Shown here: positions 18,113-27,523 of the stretch, one piece after another
Layout: every line of letters starts with the position of its first letter
Position numbering within the stretch: position 1 is the first letter of the stretch
Sequence record: NC_019408.1
Length of the DNA stretch: 64,000 nucleotides
Strand: one strand, 5' to 3'
The notes under the pieces: generated by a model
Database searches by the model: none
The model's input: the letters and a program-made list of their open reading frames with translations, nothing else
What the model was told of the DNA's origin: nothing
Translations under genes and position numbers: made by a program

Positions 18113-18393
18113 CTCAAGTCCCTGAACCCGCCCTGCGCGATCTCTTCGTCGCGGTCGAGCGCCAGAAGCTGCGGCTGGCCTTCCTGCCGGACGCCTTCTA
18201 CGACGTGCGCATCAGGGGCCAGGACACCTTCGCGCGCGACGACATCGAGGCGATGTACCAGCGCTTTGCTCGCGATGCCCGCCACTTCCTGAGCGGCTGG
18301 GACGCGGGCGTCCATCACGCCCTCGACTACAACGATGGCGGGTCCGAGACCCAGCGCCTGACCGCGCTGCGCAACGCCCTGGGGGTTCTGTGA
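18109..18393 (+). CDS. Hypothetical protein
   Basis: GTGA overlaps. Confidence 0.6.
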   Translation: MTQVPEPALRDLFVAVERQKLRLAFLPDAFYDVRIRGQDTFARDDIEAMYQRFARDARHFLSGWDAGVHHALDYNDGGSETQRLTALRNALGVL

Positions 18394-18602
18394 CCGATCT
18401 GCGCGAGCGCTACGAATCCTGGGTGATCACCAACACCCTCAAGTCGTGCGAGAAGAAGGGCATGTCCTGGGTCACCGAGGACAGCATCCGCACGTCGATC
18501 CTCATGCGCGCGGCCGAGCGCCCGGAGGAGTACGAGATCAACGACATCCAGGCCGGCTACGTCGGCTTCCTGGCGGGCTATCGCTTGAGGGACGCCGAGT
18601 GA
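18390..18602 (+). CDS. Hypothetical protein
   Basis: GTGA overlaps. Confidence 0.6.
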   Translation: MTDLRERYESWVITNTLKSCEKKGMSWVTEDSIRTSILMRAAERPEEYEINDIQAGYVGFLAGYRLRDAE

Positions 18603-18796
18603 ACCGTGACGGCATCTTGATCAAGACCTGGGAGGTCCACTGCCGGGCCTGCCAGCAGCCCAACCTCGGCATCCGGGGCGACAACACGGCCGCGCAGGTG
18701 CAACTCCGCAAGGAGGGCTGGCGCATCCGGGGCGAGCGCTGGGTCTGTGGGGATTGCGTTGACCACGTGCCAATCGGCCACCGGTGGCCAATTTGA
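18599..18796 (+). CDS. Zn-ribbon protein
   Basis: Two CxxC motifs. Confidence 0.6.
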   Translation: MNRDGILIKTWEVHCRACQQPNLGIRGDNTAAQVQLRKEGWRIRGERWVCGDCVDHVPIGHRWPI

Positions 18797-18845
18797 GGCC
18801 GAATGGCTTACCTATCGTCCATATAGGGCCGATATGCCTTACGTA

Positions 18846-19052
18846 TCAGGCGCCGGCCATGAACCGGCGGACCTGGAGGTAGCGGCCGAGCAGGTCGTGC
18901 AACACCTCGGCCTCCTTGAGCGTGATGATCTGCTCGCCGAGCGACGTGGGGCCTTCCAGGGCGACCAGCACCTGCTCGTCGACCGCGTCCTCGACCGTGA
19001 CCAGGATCGGGTTGCCGAGTTCGTTGATGAAGGCCTTCTGGATCGTGCGCAT
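18846..19052 (-). CDS. Hypothetical protein
   Basis: MRTIQKAFINELGNP; GGAG RBS; co-oriented with the BTLCP gene. Confidence 0.65.
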   Translation of the reverse strand: MRTIQKAFINELGNPILVTVEDAVDEQVLVALEGPTSLGEQIITLKEAEVLHDLLGRYLQVRRFMAGA

Positions 19053-19054
19053 GG

Positions 19055-19795
19055 CTACTCCTTGAGATACCCGGCCTTGATCGCCTCGGCCCGCGTGTCG
19101 GCCTTGCTGAGAATAGTGTCGCCGCCCCGGCGGATTAACTTGACGCCCTCGTAAAGCTGGACCTCCAGCTTGCCGTCCATCTGGATGCGCCCCAGGCGCA
19201 CCGGGCCGCCGGCGTAGGGCTCGGGCGGATCGCCCACGCCGATCTCGATCATGCCCTTGTCGGCCGTCTGCACCAGGAGCGTGGCGTGCCCGCCGATCCA
19301 CACCGGGTTCCAGATTACGAGCCACATCGAGCCTCCGTCAGCGCCCGCGTCGCTCAGCCGGCGCGCCAGGGTCAGCGCGTAGTCCTCGCAGTCGCCGCAG
19401 AAGCCGTTTTCGGCGTAGAAATCGCTCCTCTGGTAGAGGATGTCGTCCGAAACGTAGGTGTAATGGCTCCGAAGGGCCGAATCCTGCGCCGAAACCTCCG
19501 AAAACGTCAATTTTCGGCCGGCTTTTGCCTTGCAGAGCGGATTTTCGGTGAATTTTTGACAGAATTCAGTGATTCCGTCGATCGAGACCTCGACTTTGCC
19601 CCCGTAGTCGCGTTTTTCCTCGCCGCTCGCGGCGATCAGCTTGACTTGAGGACAATGACCGGCGTCGCGGGCCGGCGCGGTGATGATCGGGACATCCTGG
19701 CCGCCGGCGACGACCTGATGGGTGCTCCAGGCGAACCAGCCGAGCGGCAGGAGCAGGCCGAGCGAGAAAAAGACGATCGCGATCCAGCGCCACAT
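19055..19795 (-). CDS. Secreted or membrane-anchored transglutaminase-like cysteine protease (BTLCP, peptidase C93)
   Basis: N-terminal signal or transmembrane helix; GDCEDYALT...GHATLLVQT catalytic Cys/His motifs. Confidence 0.8.
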   Translation of the reverse strand: MWRWIAIVFFSLGLLLPLGWFAWSTHQVVAGGQDVPIITAPARDAGHCPQVKLIAASGEEKRDYGGKVEVSIDGITEFCQKFTENPLCKAKAGRKLTFSEVSAQDSALRSHYTYVSDDILYQRSDFYAENGFCGDCEDYALTLARRLSDAGADGGSMWLVIWNPVWIGGHATLLVQTADKGMIEIGVGDPPEPYAGGPVRLGRIQMDGKLEVQLYEGVKLIRRGGDTILSKADTRAEAIKAGYLKE

Positions 19796-20106
19796 GACGA
19801 CACCCCCGAAATGTCATTAACCATGACACAGGATGTCGTGACGCGCAACATTCTCGCATAAGAAGAGCCCCGCCAGTAAGCCTAGCGGGGCTTGTTGCTG
19901 CTACAGGAGTTCAGGGAAGAAGAGCGGCCTCCTGGGTGTTCGGCCGCCCCACTTCTCGTCAAGGCTACTTCATACCGGTCTCCTTCCATGGTCTGTCGTT
20001 TTCAAGGGCCTACCCTGGCCCTGCTTGAGAGATTTCACGCTAGAGCTAGGCGAAACGGCCGTCAAGGGCAAAGTGTGTTGCCAGACCACTTTTCTACCCG
20101 CCAAAT

Positions 20107-20145
20107 GTCGTGAATCTTGACAACCGCACGTTAACCATGCCATTT
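20107..20145 (+). promoter_or_regulatory. GTCGTGAATC-TTGACA promoter upstream of the portal gene
   Basis: Conserved 16-mer; TTAACCAT in the spacer; -10 element weak. Confidence 0.65.
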
Positions 20146-20230
20146 TCCGGCTCACCTGCCTCATCCGGCGGGCTTCCCACGTCAAACTTCGGGGAGGATT
20201 CGTCCTCCCCGCCTCTTTCTCGGGCGCCGA

Positions 20231-22138
20231 ATGGCCGGTCAGACTCCGAACTCCACGAACATCTCGCGGGTCGCCCGCGCGACCTCGCAGGCGATCTATC
20301 TGGTCACCCATCCCGAGTACCAATACTGGCGCCCGGAGTGGACGAAGCTGCGCGACGTGATGGCGGGGCAGCGCGAGATCAAGCGCAAGGCCGAAGCCTA
20401 CCTGCCGGCCATGAAGGGCGCGGACGGCGACGACTACGCCATCTACCTCCAGCGCGCGACCTTCTTCAACATGCTGGCCCAGACCCGCGACGGCATGACC
20501 GGGATGGTCTTCCGCCGCGACCCGATCGTCAAGAACCTGCCGCCCAAGTTCAAGGACGCCGTGCGGCGCTTCGCCAAGGACGGCTCCTCGCACGCGACGT
20601 TCGCCAAGGCCGTGCTGTCCGAGCAGGCCGGCGTCGGCCGCTTCGGCGTCCTGGTCGACGTGGTCGACAACCCGCGCAAGGGCGCGGTCGCAACCAGCTT
20701 CGCCGTCGGCTACTCGGCCGAGAACATCCTCGACTGGGACGAAGTCGTCGACATGGGCGGCTTCTACGTCCCCAGCCGCGTGCTGCTGCGCGAATTCGTC
20801 CGCGACCTGCGCTGGAAGTCCGACATCGAGCCTCTGACCACCGCCCAGGCCCGCAAGGCGCGCGCGGCGGCCCTGGCCTCGGGTAGCGCCAGCAGCCCGA
20901 TGGTCCGTCAGACCGCCCGCACCCTGGGCGGCTACAGCTACATCACCGTCTACCGCGAACTCAAGCTCGAAGAGATCGAGTGGCCGTCCGGCGAGGTCAA
21001 GCTCGCCTACGTCCAGTACCTCTACGAAGAGGACCCCGAGAGCCGGCCGATCGCCCGCATCGTCCCGACCGTCCGGGGCGAGCCGCTCGACTTCATCCCC
21101 TTCAAGTTCTTCGGCGCCTCGGGCAACACCGCCGACGTCGAAAAGCCGCCGCTGCTCGACATCTGCGATCTGAACCTGTCGCACTACCGCACCTACGCCG
21201 AACTCGAATACGGCCGCCTGTTCACCGCCCTGCCGGTCTACTACGCGCCGGGCACCGACAGCGAGGGCACGGGCGAATACCACATCGGCCCGAACATGGT
21301 CTGGGAAGTCCCGCAGGGCTCCGAGCCGGGCATCCTCGAATACACGGGCCAGGGCCTGAAGGCGCTCGAAACCGCCCTCAACGACAAGGAGCGGCAGATC
21401 GCCGCGATCGGCGGCCGGATGATGCCGGGCGCCTCCAAGTCGGTCTCCGAGAGCAACAACCAGACCGTCCTTCGCGAGGCCAACGAGCAGTCGCTGCTCC
21501 TCAACATCATCCAGGCCTGCGAGTCCGGCATGACCGACGTCGTGCGCTGGTGGCTGATGTGGCGCGACGTGCCGCTGGCCGACACCGAGAACCTGCGCTA
21601 CGAGGTCAACACTGACTTCCTGTCGACGCCGATCGGCGCGCGCGAGATGCGCGCCATCCAGCTTATGGCCAACGACGGTCTGCTGCCCGACCCGGTCTTC
21701 TACGAGTACATGCGCAAGGCCGAGGTCATCTCGTCCGACATGACCTTCGAGGAATTCCAGGCCCTGCGCGCCGACGAGAACTCGTTCATCAACAACCCCG
21801 ACGCCCAGGCCCGCCAGCGCGGTTACACCAACCGTGGCCAGGAACTGGAGCAGTCGCGCATGGCGCGCGAAGCCGACTTCACCCAGCAGAAGATCGACAT
21901 CCAGGAGCGCAGCGTCGCGGTCCAGGAAGGTCACGCCGAGGTGGCGCACGCCGCCGGCTCGACCTCGATCTCCGGCTCGCGCAAGCTGGGCGACCCCGAG
22001 CAGGCCAAGCCCGCCGTGGCCGATCAGGCAACCATCGACAACGCCAAGAAGCAGACGGCGAACGCGGCGAAGGTCGCCGCCCAGCCGCCGGCTCCGGCCG
22101 CGCCGGGCGCTCCGCCCACCAATCGTCGCCCGACCTGA
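20231..22138 (+). CDS. Portal protein
   Basis: HPEY..WRPEW.K.RD, YLP, YL.RA.FFN and PPLLDI..LN.SHYR motifs of DUF4055-type portals; position in the head module. Confidence 0.88.
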   Translation: MAGQTPNSTNISRVARATSQAIYLVTHPEYQYWRPEWTKLRDVMAGQREIKRKAEAYLPAMKGADGDDYAIYLQRATFFNMLAQTRDGMTGMVFRRDPIVKNLPPKFKDAVRRFAKDGSSHATFAKAVLSEQAGVGRFGVLVDVVDNPRKGAVATSFAVGYSAENILDWDEVVDMGGFYVPSRVLLREFVRDLRWKSDIEPLTTAQARKARAAALASGSASSPMVRQTARTLGGYSYITVYRELKLEEIEWPSGEVKLAYVQYLYEEDPESRPIARIVPTVRGEPLDFIPFKFFGASGNTADVEKPPLLDICDLNLSHYRTYAELEYGRLFTALPVYYAPGTDSEGTGEYHIGPNMVWEVPQGSEPGILEYTGQGLKALETALNDKERQIAAIGGRMMPGASKSVSESNNQTVLREANEQSLLLNIIQACESGMTDVVRWWLMWRDVPLADTENLRYEVNTDFLSTPIGAREMRAIQLMANDGLLPDPVFYEYMRKAEVISSDMTFEEFQALRADENSFINNPDAQARQRGYTNRGQELEQSRMAREADFTQQKIDIQERSVAVQEGHAEVAHAAGSTSISGSRKLGDPEQAKPAVADQATIDNAKKQTANAAKVAAQPPAPAAPGAPPTNRRPT

Positions 22139-22164
22139 TGACCATCCAGCAAGCCTGAGTTCAG

Positions 22165-22347
22165 ATGCCGCGTTCCTACGATTCCTTCGAAGACCTGATC
22201 CATGACCTCGACCACGAGGGGATCGTCGACGCTGACGGCATCGCCGAACTGGACGACGAGGACCTGTCCTTGCTCGCCCCGCCGGTGATCCGCAAGGCCC
22301 CCGCCGCCCCGGCCAAGAAGCGCGGGCGCCCGAAGAAAGCGGCCTGA
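22165..22347 (+). CDS. Acidic protein with an AT-hook-like tail
   Basis: C-terminal KKRGRPKK. Confidence 0.65.
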   Translation: MPRSYDSFEDLIHDLDHEGIVDADGIAELDDEDLSLLAPPVIRKAPAAPAKKRGRPKKAA

Positions 22348-22772
22348 TGCGCCACGCCACCGCCTGCTGGAACGTCCTGACCGTCCGCCTGGACGGCATC
22401 GCCCACTGGGTCGACGAGGTCGACGTCTCCATCATCGACCTGGAGACGGGCGAGCACCCGCGCGGCGACGACGGCGTGTTCCTGCCGATCCTGTCGGCCA
22501 CCGAGACGACCATCAACCTCTACGGCGGTCAGACCATCGACGGCCGCTACGAGATCACCTCCAGCCTGCCCGAGGCTTCCATGACCGACCCCGTCCTGAT
22601 CGGCGACCCCGCCGCCGAGCGCACCATCGAAGTCCTGGCCCTGCACCCCGACGAGGCCGCCGAGTTCGTGCCCTCGCCCGAGCAGGCCGCCAAGATCGCG
22701 GCCGGCGACATGATCATCGGCATCATCCGCTACGCCATGCCCGAGGACCTGGAGCAAATCCTCACGTCGTGA
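22347..22772 (+). CDS. Hypothetical protein
   Basis: TGATG overlap. Confidence 0.7.
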   Translation: MRHATACWNVLTVRLDGIAHWVDEVDVSIIDLETGEHPRGDDGVFLPILSATETTINLYGGQTIDGRYEITSSLPEASMTDPVLIGDPAAERTIEVLALHPDEAAEFVPSPEQAAKIAAGDMIIGIIRYAMPEDLEQILTS

Positions 22773-22804
22773 ATCTTGACACCCAGAGTCAGGTGTGATG
22801 ACAT
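22766..22804 (+). promoter_or_regulatory. GTCGTGAATC-TTGACA promoter
   Basis: 16-mer; N17; TGACAT -10; CGTTAACCA downstream. Confidence 0.7.
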
Positions 22805-22832
22805 CGCCCTCGTTAACCACGAGGGCTTTTTC

Positions 22833-23093
22833 ATGACCACCGCCGTCTCCATCACCGCTGCCGGTCACAACCTCATCGTCTACCTGAACGATGCCTACGA
22901 GCCCTCGAACGGCGGCGAACTGGTCGAGACCGAGACCATCGAGTTCGTGACCAAGAGCACCCAGCGCACCTTCCACGTCCACCAGACGCGCGACCTCTAC
23001 GTCACCGAGGTCCGCGATGGCGAGACCGATCTCAACGGCCTGATCGACGCCGGCGACTTCGACGCCGCGCGCGCGTACATCCAGGCCGGCTAA
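22833..23093 (+). CDS. Hypothetical protein
   Basis: Downstream of a promoter. Confidence 0.7.
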   Translation: MTTAVSITAAGHNLIVYLNDAYEPSNGGELVETETIEFVTKSTQRTFHVHQTRDLYVTEVRDGETDLNGLIDAGDFDAARAYIQAG

Positions 23094-23279
23094 AGTTCTA
23101 CGGCGCCCTAATTGCCAGCCGGCGCATACGGACACGGGCTGGATAAATCGGCAGCGATGCGAAGCGCTTGGGGCGAGGGGCCACGGGCGTGAGTCACAGG
23201 AGGGGGCGCCGCTGGGTCACCGGCCCGGTCCTTTCACCTCCCAATCGCCGCAAGTCCGCACCCTTCCAAGAGGCCCTCG

Positions 23280-23918
23280 ATGAGCGACGATTTCGACAAG
23301 CAGTTCGACGACAAGGTCCGCGCGCGTGACGCCGCCGCCGTCGACGAGCAGCTTCGCCTTGCCCTGCCCGAGCCGGGCGTCTCCAGCAAGACGGTGGCGG
23401 AGTTGATTCAGCGCATCGCCCTGGGGCAGAGCGGGGAAGTCATCTTCGAGGTGAACGATCCGCCCTACGAGGCCGAGGTCGAACAGGCCGTGGAGATCGA
23501 GACCGCCCAGCGCCGCGACGGCAAGCCGGACGCGGTCTTCACCGAGCAGGACTACCTCGACCAGTCGGTCGACAAGTGCGCGGCCAAGTTCCTCGACACG
23601 CCGCTGGGCGGCCTGCCGTTCAAGCCGACGCCGGACGGCAAGGGCTACGTCTACGCGCGCGAGTTGGCCGGGCAAGCGGCGCCCAAGATCACGATCTCGG
23701 TCTACCTCAACAACGGCACGGTCCGCGAGTACGACGTCGCCGACGCGGCGACCGCGCGCGAGCATGCCTTCGAGATCATCCAGACCGGCTACCGCAGCGT
23801 CGACCAGGATGCGCCCAACGTGCTCGTCCACTGGCCGCCGCACGAGATCAAGAAGGTCAAGCTGACCGCCAGCGAGCCGCTCAAAACCACCTACTTCGAC
23901 CGCGTCCGGGGGACCTGA
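23280..23918 (+). CDS. Hypothetical protein
   Basis: GAGG RBS; 212 aa. Confidence 0.75.
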   Translation: MSDDFDKQFDDKVRARDAAAVDEQLRLALPEPGVSSKTVAELIQRIALGQSGEVIFEVNDPPYEAEVEQAVEIETAQRRDGKPDAVFTEQDYLDQSVDKCAAKFLDTPLGGLPFKPTPDGKGYVYARELAGQAAPKITISVYLNNGTVREYDVADAATAREHAFEIIQTGYRSVDQDAPNVLVHWPPHEIKKVKLTASEPLKTTYFDRVRGT

Positions 23919-23921
23919 CCC

Positions 23922-24314
23922 ATGCCCACCATCCAATTTGATTCGATCGGCCTCGTGCCGGAAGGCCTTCGTGCATATGCCAAGGTCGCCGGCGACTACG
24001 AAGGTGAAGCCGTCTCGGTCGACGTCGTGCCGGCCGTCAGGATCGACGAATTCCGCGAAGCCAACATCCGCCTGGGCAAGGAGCGCGACGAGCTTGCCGA
24101 GCGCCTCGTCCAGGCTGACCGCCACGCCCAGGCCCTGGCCCAGGAACTCGTCGAGGCCGACGAGCGCATCCAGGTCCTTACCGACGATCTGGCTGCGAGC
24201 ACCCGGCAGACGACGGTCCTGGCGGAATACATCGACGCCAACATCGATCTCGAAGCCGTGCGCAGCCATGTCAACGAGGTGATCATGATCGTCGACACCT
24301 GCGTCGAGGCCTGA
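23922..24314 (+). CDS. Paralog of the scaffold protein N-terminus plus coiled coil
   Basis: VPEGLR...VVPA..IDEFR..NI...KERD.L.ERL is shared with 31200-31991. Confidence 0.8.
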   Translation: MPTIQFDSIGLVPEGLRAYAKVAGDYEGEAVSVDVVPAVRIDEFREANIRLGKERDELAERLVQADRHAQALAQELVEADERIQVLTDDLAASTRQTTVLAEYIDANIDLEAVRSHVNEVIMIVDTCVEA

Positions 24315-24316
24315 TC

Positions 24317-24682
24317 ATGTGCGTCGTCTCCGCCGTTATGGATCACGGCCGCCAGCAGTGGCCTGATCTGATGGAGCCCAAGTTCTGGCCGCTCCCCACC
24401 CCGGTCGTCCCGGCGCATCCGGGCATGAAGCTCTGGCCGCCGCAGGAGCCCAAGCTCCCGACCAAGGCGGAGATCGAAGCGTTCCTGGCGCTCTACAAGG
24501 CCGCCCAGGAATACGACGCCAAGACCGGCCAGCCGCACTGCGAGGACCCCGAGAAGATCAAGCTCCTCGACGCCATCAACCGGCTCGCCGATCGCCTGGA
24601 GGCGATTGAAAAGCGCCTCGGCGCCCAGGACGCGGCAGAGGCCGAGGACGCGGCGGCGATCGCCGCCTCCGTCAAGACGTGA
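24317..24682 (+). CDS. Hypothetical protein
   Basis: MCVVSAVMDH...YDAKTGQPHCEDPEK motifs. Confidence 0.75.
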   Translation: MCVVSAVMDHGRQQWPDLMEPKFWPLPTPVVPAHPGMKLWPPQEPKLPTKAEIEAFLALYKAAQEYDAKTGQPHCEDPEKIKLLDAINRLADRLEAIEKRLGAQDAAEAEDAAAIAASVKT

Positions 24683-24927
24683 GCGTCTTCGACCTGCCGG
24701 CCGACGGCTTTGACCGCCGCAAGCCGCTCTTCCGCGTCTTCGACATCGACGGCGAGACCCAGTGGTGGACGGTGATCGCCGCGCTCAACGCGCCCGGCCG
24801 CCGCTGCACCCCCGAGGAGGAAGCGCGGATCGTCGAGCGCCTCCAGGCCAAGTCCTGGGCCGACAAGTTCTGGACCTGCTACCACCTGAGCGGCAAGGCC
24901 ACCATCTACGAAAGCACCCCGGAATGA
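24679..24927 (+). CDS. Hypothetical protein
   Basis: Start/stop overlaps. Confidence 0.6.
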   Translation: MSVFDLPADGFDRRKPLFRVFDIDGETQWWTVIAALNAPGRRCTPEEEARIVERLQAKSWADKFWTCYHLSGKATIYESTPE

Positions 24928-25208
24928 AGCTGACCATCAGCGGCCAGGACATGAGTGGCGAGGCCACCGTCTATTTGATGCTGGTCCCGCGCGCGGGCGT
25001 GCGCATGCAGAATGACGTGCCCGTCGCCCTCACCTTCGAGGCTCTGCCGGGCGCGGCCGGCGATGTGCGCCTGGACGCCATGACCGAGGTCTCCCTGTCG
25101 GACGCGCCGCCGCCGGGCACGCTCGTCTTCCTGCCGGGGGAGGCCGAGAAGGTCTTCTTCATCAACACCGCCGGCCCGTGGAAGCTCACGTTCCGGGAGA
25201 CGCCGTGA
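24924..25208 (+). CDS. Hypothetical protein
   Basis: Start/stop overlaps. Confidence 0.6.
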   Translation: MKLTISGQDMSGEATVYLMLVPRAGVRMQNDVPVALTFEALPGAAGDVRLDAMTEVSLSDAPPPGTLVFLPGEAEKVFFINTAGPWKLTFRETP

Positions 25209-25444
25209 ACGCCAACCAGCACATGCCCGACAACATGCCGTTCGGCCTCAAGGGGTTCCCCAAGGTCGAGCGGATCGACGGCGTGCGCAACATCGTCTAC
25301 CTGACCTGCGGCGACAGCGTGCCGATCGTCCACTACATGGCGGGCGGCGAGGAGTGCGGCAATCCGCTGCGGGCCGACACCCTGGTCGCCGGCCCCTATC
25401 AGGACAAGTGGCTGGTCCTGCCGATCCCGGACGGCGCCCTGTGA
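25205..25444 (+). CDS. Hypothetical protein
   Basis: Start/stop overlaps. Confidence 0.6.
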   Translation: MNANQHMPDNMPFGLKGFPKVERIDGVRNIVYLTCGDSVPIVHYMAGGEECGNPLRADTLVAGPYQDKWLVLPIPDGAL

Positions 25445-25683
25445 CCCGGCCGCTCAACGCCACCGAGGTCCTCTGCGACGCCTTCCGCGACCTTTTGACC
25501 AAGGGCTTCTACGTCACCGACGAGCACGGCGAGGTTCACGGACCGGGCACCCCGCTGGGCGATGCGGCCCTGGCGGCGACCAAGGCGTGGCGCGGCGACC
25601 TGTGGAAGGCCTTCCGCCCGATCGACGACAGCATGTGCCCGGTGCGGGTTCACGAGCGCGAAGCGGCCAAGCGCGCGGGCTGA
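25441..25683 (+). CDS. Hypothetical protein
   Basis: Start/stop overlaps. Confidence 0.6.
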   Translation: MTRPLNATEVLCDAFRDLLTKGFYVTDEHGEVHGPGTPLGDAALAATKAWRGDLWKAFRPIDDSMCPVRVHEREAAKRAG

Positions 25684-25684
25684 A

Positions 25685-25835
25685 CATGTCCGGATATGTC
25701 CGGATTTGGCCGGCAAATGTCCGGCAAGCACCACCGCTCATTGATTTCATTGAACTTTTAGTCTCGACCGGTGTCCAGCAAATGTCCGGCAATGGCCGGA
25801 TTAAGGTTTGGCCGGATGACCGGATCGCCGGCCGG
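25685..25835. repeat. ATGTCCGG / TGGCCGG short-repeat patch
   Basis: ATGTCCGG x4 and TGGCCGG x3 in an intergenic stretch. Confidence 0.7.
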
Positions 25836-25848
25836 TTTCGAAAGTGGT

Positions 25849-25887
25849 GTCGTGATTCTTGACACCCCATGTCGTCTGTGGTGACAT
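25849..25887 (+). promoter_or_regulatory. GTCGTGATTC-TTGACA promoter
   Basis: Variant that keeps GANTC; TGACAT -10; CGTTAACCA downstream. Confidence 0.7.
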
Positions 25888-25915
25888 CCCCTCGTTAACC
25901 ACGACGGGCTCTCCG

Positions 25916-26257
25916 ATGATCCGCCTGACCCAGACCAAGCACATGAGCAACGAGGCCTCCAGCGACCAGCGTTGGTTCCTCGACCACACCCTGCGGTTCG
26001 AGGTGCATCCGATCCGCAACGAGGCCCAGGTCAAGGCTTGGCCGGGTGCCAGGGCGGCGGTCGTGGTCCACGGCGAAGCCCACTACGTCGACGAGACGCC
26101 CGAGCAGGTCATGTCTCTGCTGAAGGTCGTGCGCCATCCGCACGCCTACCGGCTTCAGGACGAAGCAGGTCACCTGATCGCGCCGGACGATCTGATCTGG
26201 ATCGGCATGGACGGCGAGGGCGTCCTGGAATTCGGTCTGACCGAGATCAAGGGGTAG
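25916..26257 (+). CDS. Hypothetical protein
   Basis: VDETPEQV motif. Confidence 0.65.
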   Translation: MIRLTQTKHMSNEASSDQRWFLDHTLRFEVHPIRNEAQVKAWPGARAAVVVHGEAHYVDETPEQVMSLLKVVRHPHAYRLQDEAGHLIAPDDLIWIGMDGEGVLEFGLTEIKG

Positions 26258-26260
26258 GCC

Positions 26261-26941
26261 ATGACCTTCAATCTCGTCAACCAGCGCGAGTACGAGGCGC
26301 TGACCTACGCCAAGATCGTGGCCGACGGCGGCGTGCTGGCGGAGAGCGAGGTCAGGGTCCTGGCCAACGCCCTGCTGCGCGAGGAAGCGCGCTACGAGGA
26401 CCGGCGCCTTGCCTTCATGCACCCGTCGATCCTCTGCGCGAACGGCGAGTATTACGACTTCACCAACCCGGACGCCTTCTCCTGGGACATCCAGGTGATC
26501 GCCGCCGGCCTGCGCGCGCCGCGCTTCACGGCCCAGACCCGCAGCAAGGGCACCTACTCGATCGCCCAGCACTCGCTTCTGGCCAGCTACATCGTGCCCA
26601 AGGGCTTCGAACTGGAGGCCCTGCTGCATGACGCTCAGGAGAGCGTGCTGGGCGACAAGGCCACGCCGTTCAAAATCCTGCTGCCCGACTACAAGCACTA
26701 CGAGGACATCGCCGAGGCCTCCGTGCGGCGCCGGTACGGCCTGCCGCCGACGATGAGCCCGGAGGTCAAGCACGCCGACCTCGTCATGCTCGCCACCGAG
26801 AAGCGCGACATCATGCCCAACCCCGAGGACGAGTGGGCGATGCTCAAGGGCGTCGAGACCCTGCCCTTCGAGATCGAGGTCTGGGACGTCGAGCGCGCCC
26901 GCGACGCCTTCATCGCCCGCTTCGCCGACCTGACGGCCTGA
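26261..26941 (+). CDS. HD-domain phosphohydrolase (YfbR-like 5'-deoxynucleotidase)
   Basis: RF.AQ...YSIAQHS...ALLHDAQE..LGD...P.K...VKHADLVMLATE.RD. Confidence 0.85.
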   Translation: MTFNLVNQREYEALTYAKIVADGGVLAESEVRVLANALLREEARYEDRRLAFMHPSILCANGEYYDFTNPDAFSWDIQVIAAGLRAPRFTAQTRSKGTYSIAQHSLLASYIVPKGFELEALLHDAQESVLGDKATPFKILLPDYKHYEDIAEASVRRRYGLPPTMSPEVKHADLVMLATEKRDIMPNPEDEWAMLKGVETLPFEIEVWDVERARDAFIARFADLTA

Positions 26942-26973
26942 CGTCCGCTCCTGACGTAGAACGATACGAGAAC

Positions 26974-27315
26974 ATGCCCATGATCCCCGCCCTGACCGAC
27001 CAGCCTGCGATCCTTTCCGCCGAGCAGGCCCGCGAATTGACGGCCGGCATTTCGACCGACCGCCTGATCGAGGCGATCAAGAACGCGGTGATCGCCGCCG
27101 CGACCGCCGGCCTGAGCCGTGCGGTGATCGGCAAGGACGTTGTGCGCGGCGTGCCTGACTGGAACGGCGACGCCGACGACACCGTGATCGGCCGGGCCGC
27201 CAAGCAGGCGCGCGCCGCCGGCTACACGGTCAAGAAAGGCATGGACGGCGACCTCGTCATCGAGTGGAAGGCCGCTTCTCGCCCGACGGGCGGGCTGGGC
27301 TATCTCGACCGCTGA
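26974..27315 (+). CDS. Hypothetical protein
   Basis: Codon bias. Confidence 0.65.
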   Translation: MPMIPALTDQPAILSAEQARELTAGISTDRLIEAIKNAVIAAATAGLSRAVIGKDVVRGVPDWNGDADDTVIGRAAKQARAAGYTVKKGMDGDLVIEWKAASRPTGGLGYLDR

Positions 27316-27319
27316 TCCG

Positions 27320-27523
27320 ATGTCCACCCGCGTCCAGCCCCATGACCTGCGCCTGGAGTCGGCCTTCGCCGACTTCCACGAGCGCAACCTGATGTGTCCG
27401 GAGCCGGATTGCGACTGGGGCGTGATCGACACCGGCGAGACCGACCCCGACACCTGCATCCCCATCACCAAGTCCTGCCCGGTCTGCGACGGCAAGGGCT
27501 TCATGCCTAGGAAGGCCGCCTGA
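27320..27523 (+). CDS. Zn-finger protein (DnaJ-like CxxCxGxG)
   Basis: CPEPDC...CPVCDGKG. Confidence 0.65.
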   Translation: MSTRVQPHDLRLESAFADFHERNLMCPEPDCDWGVIDTGETDPDTCIPITKSCPVCDGKGFMPRKAA

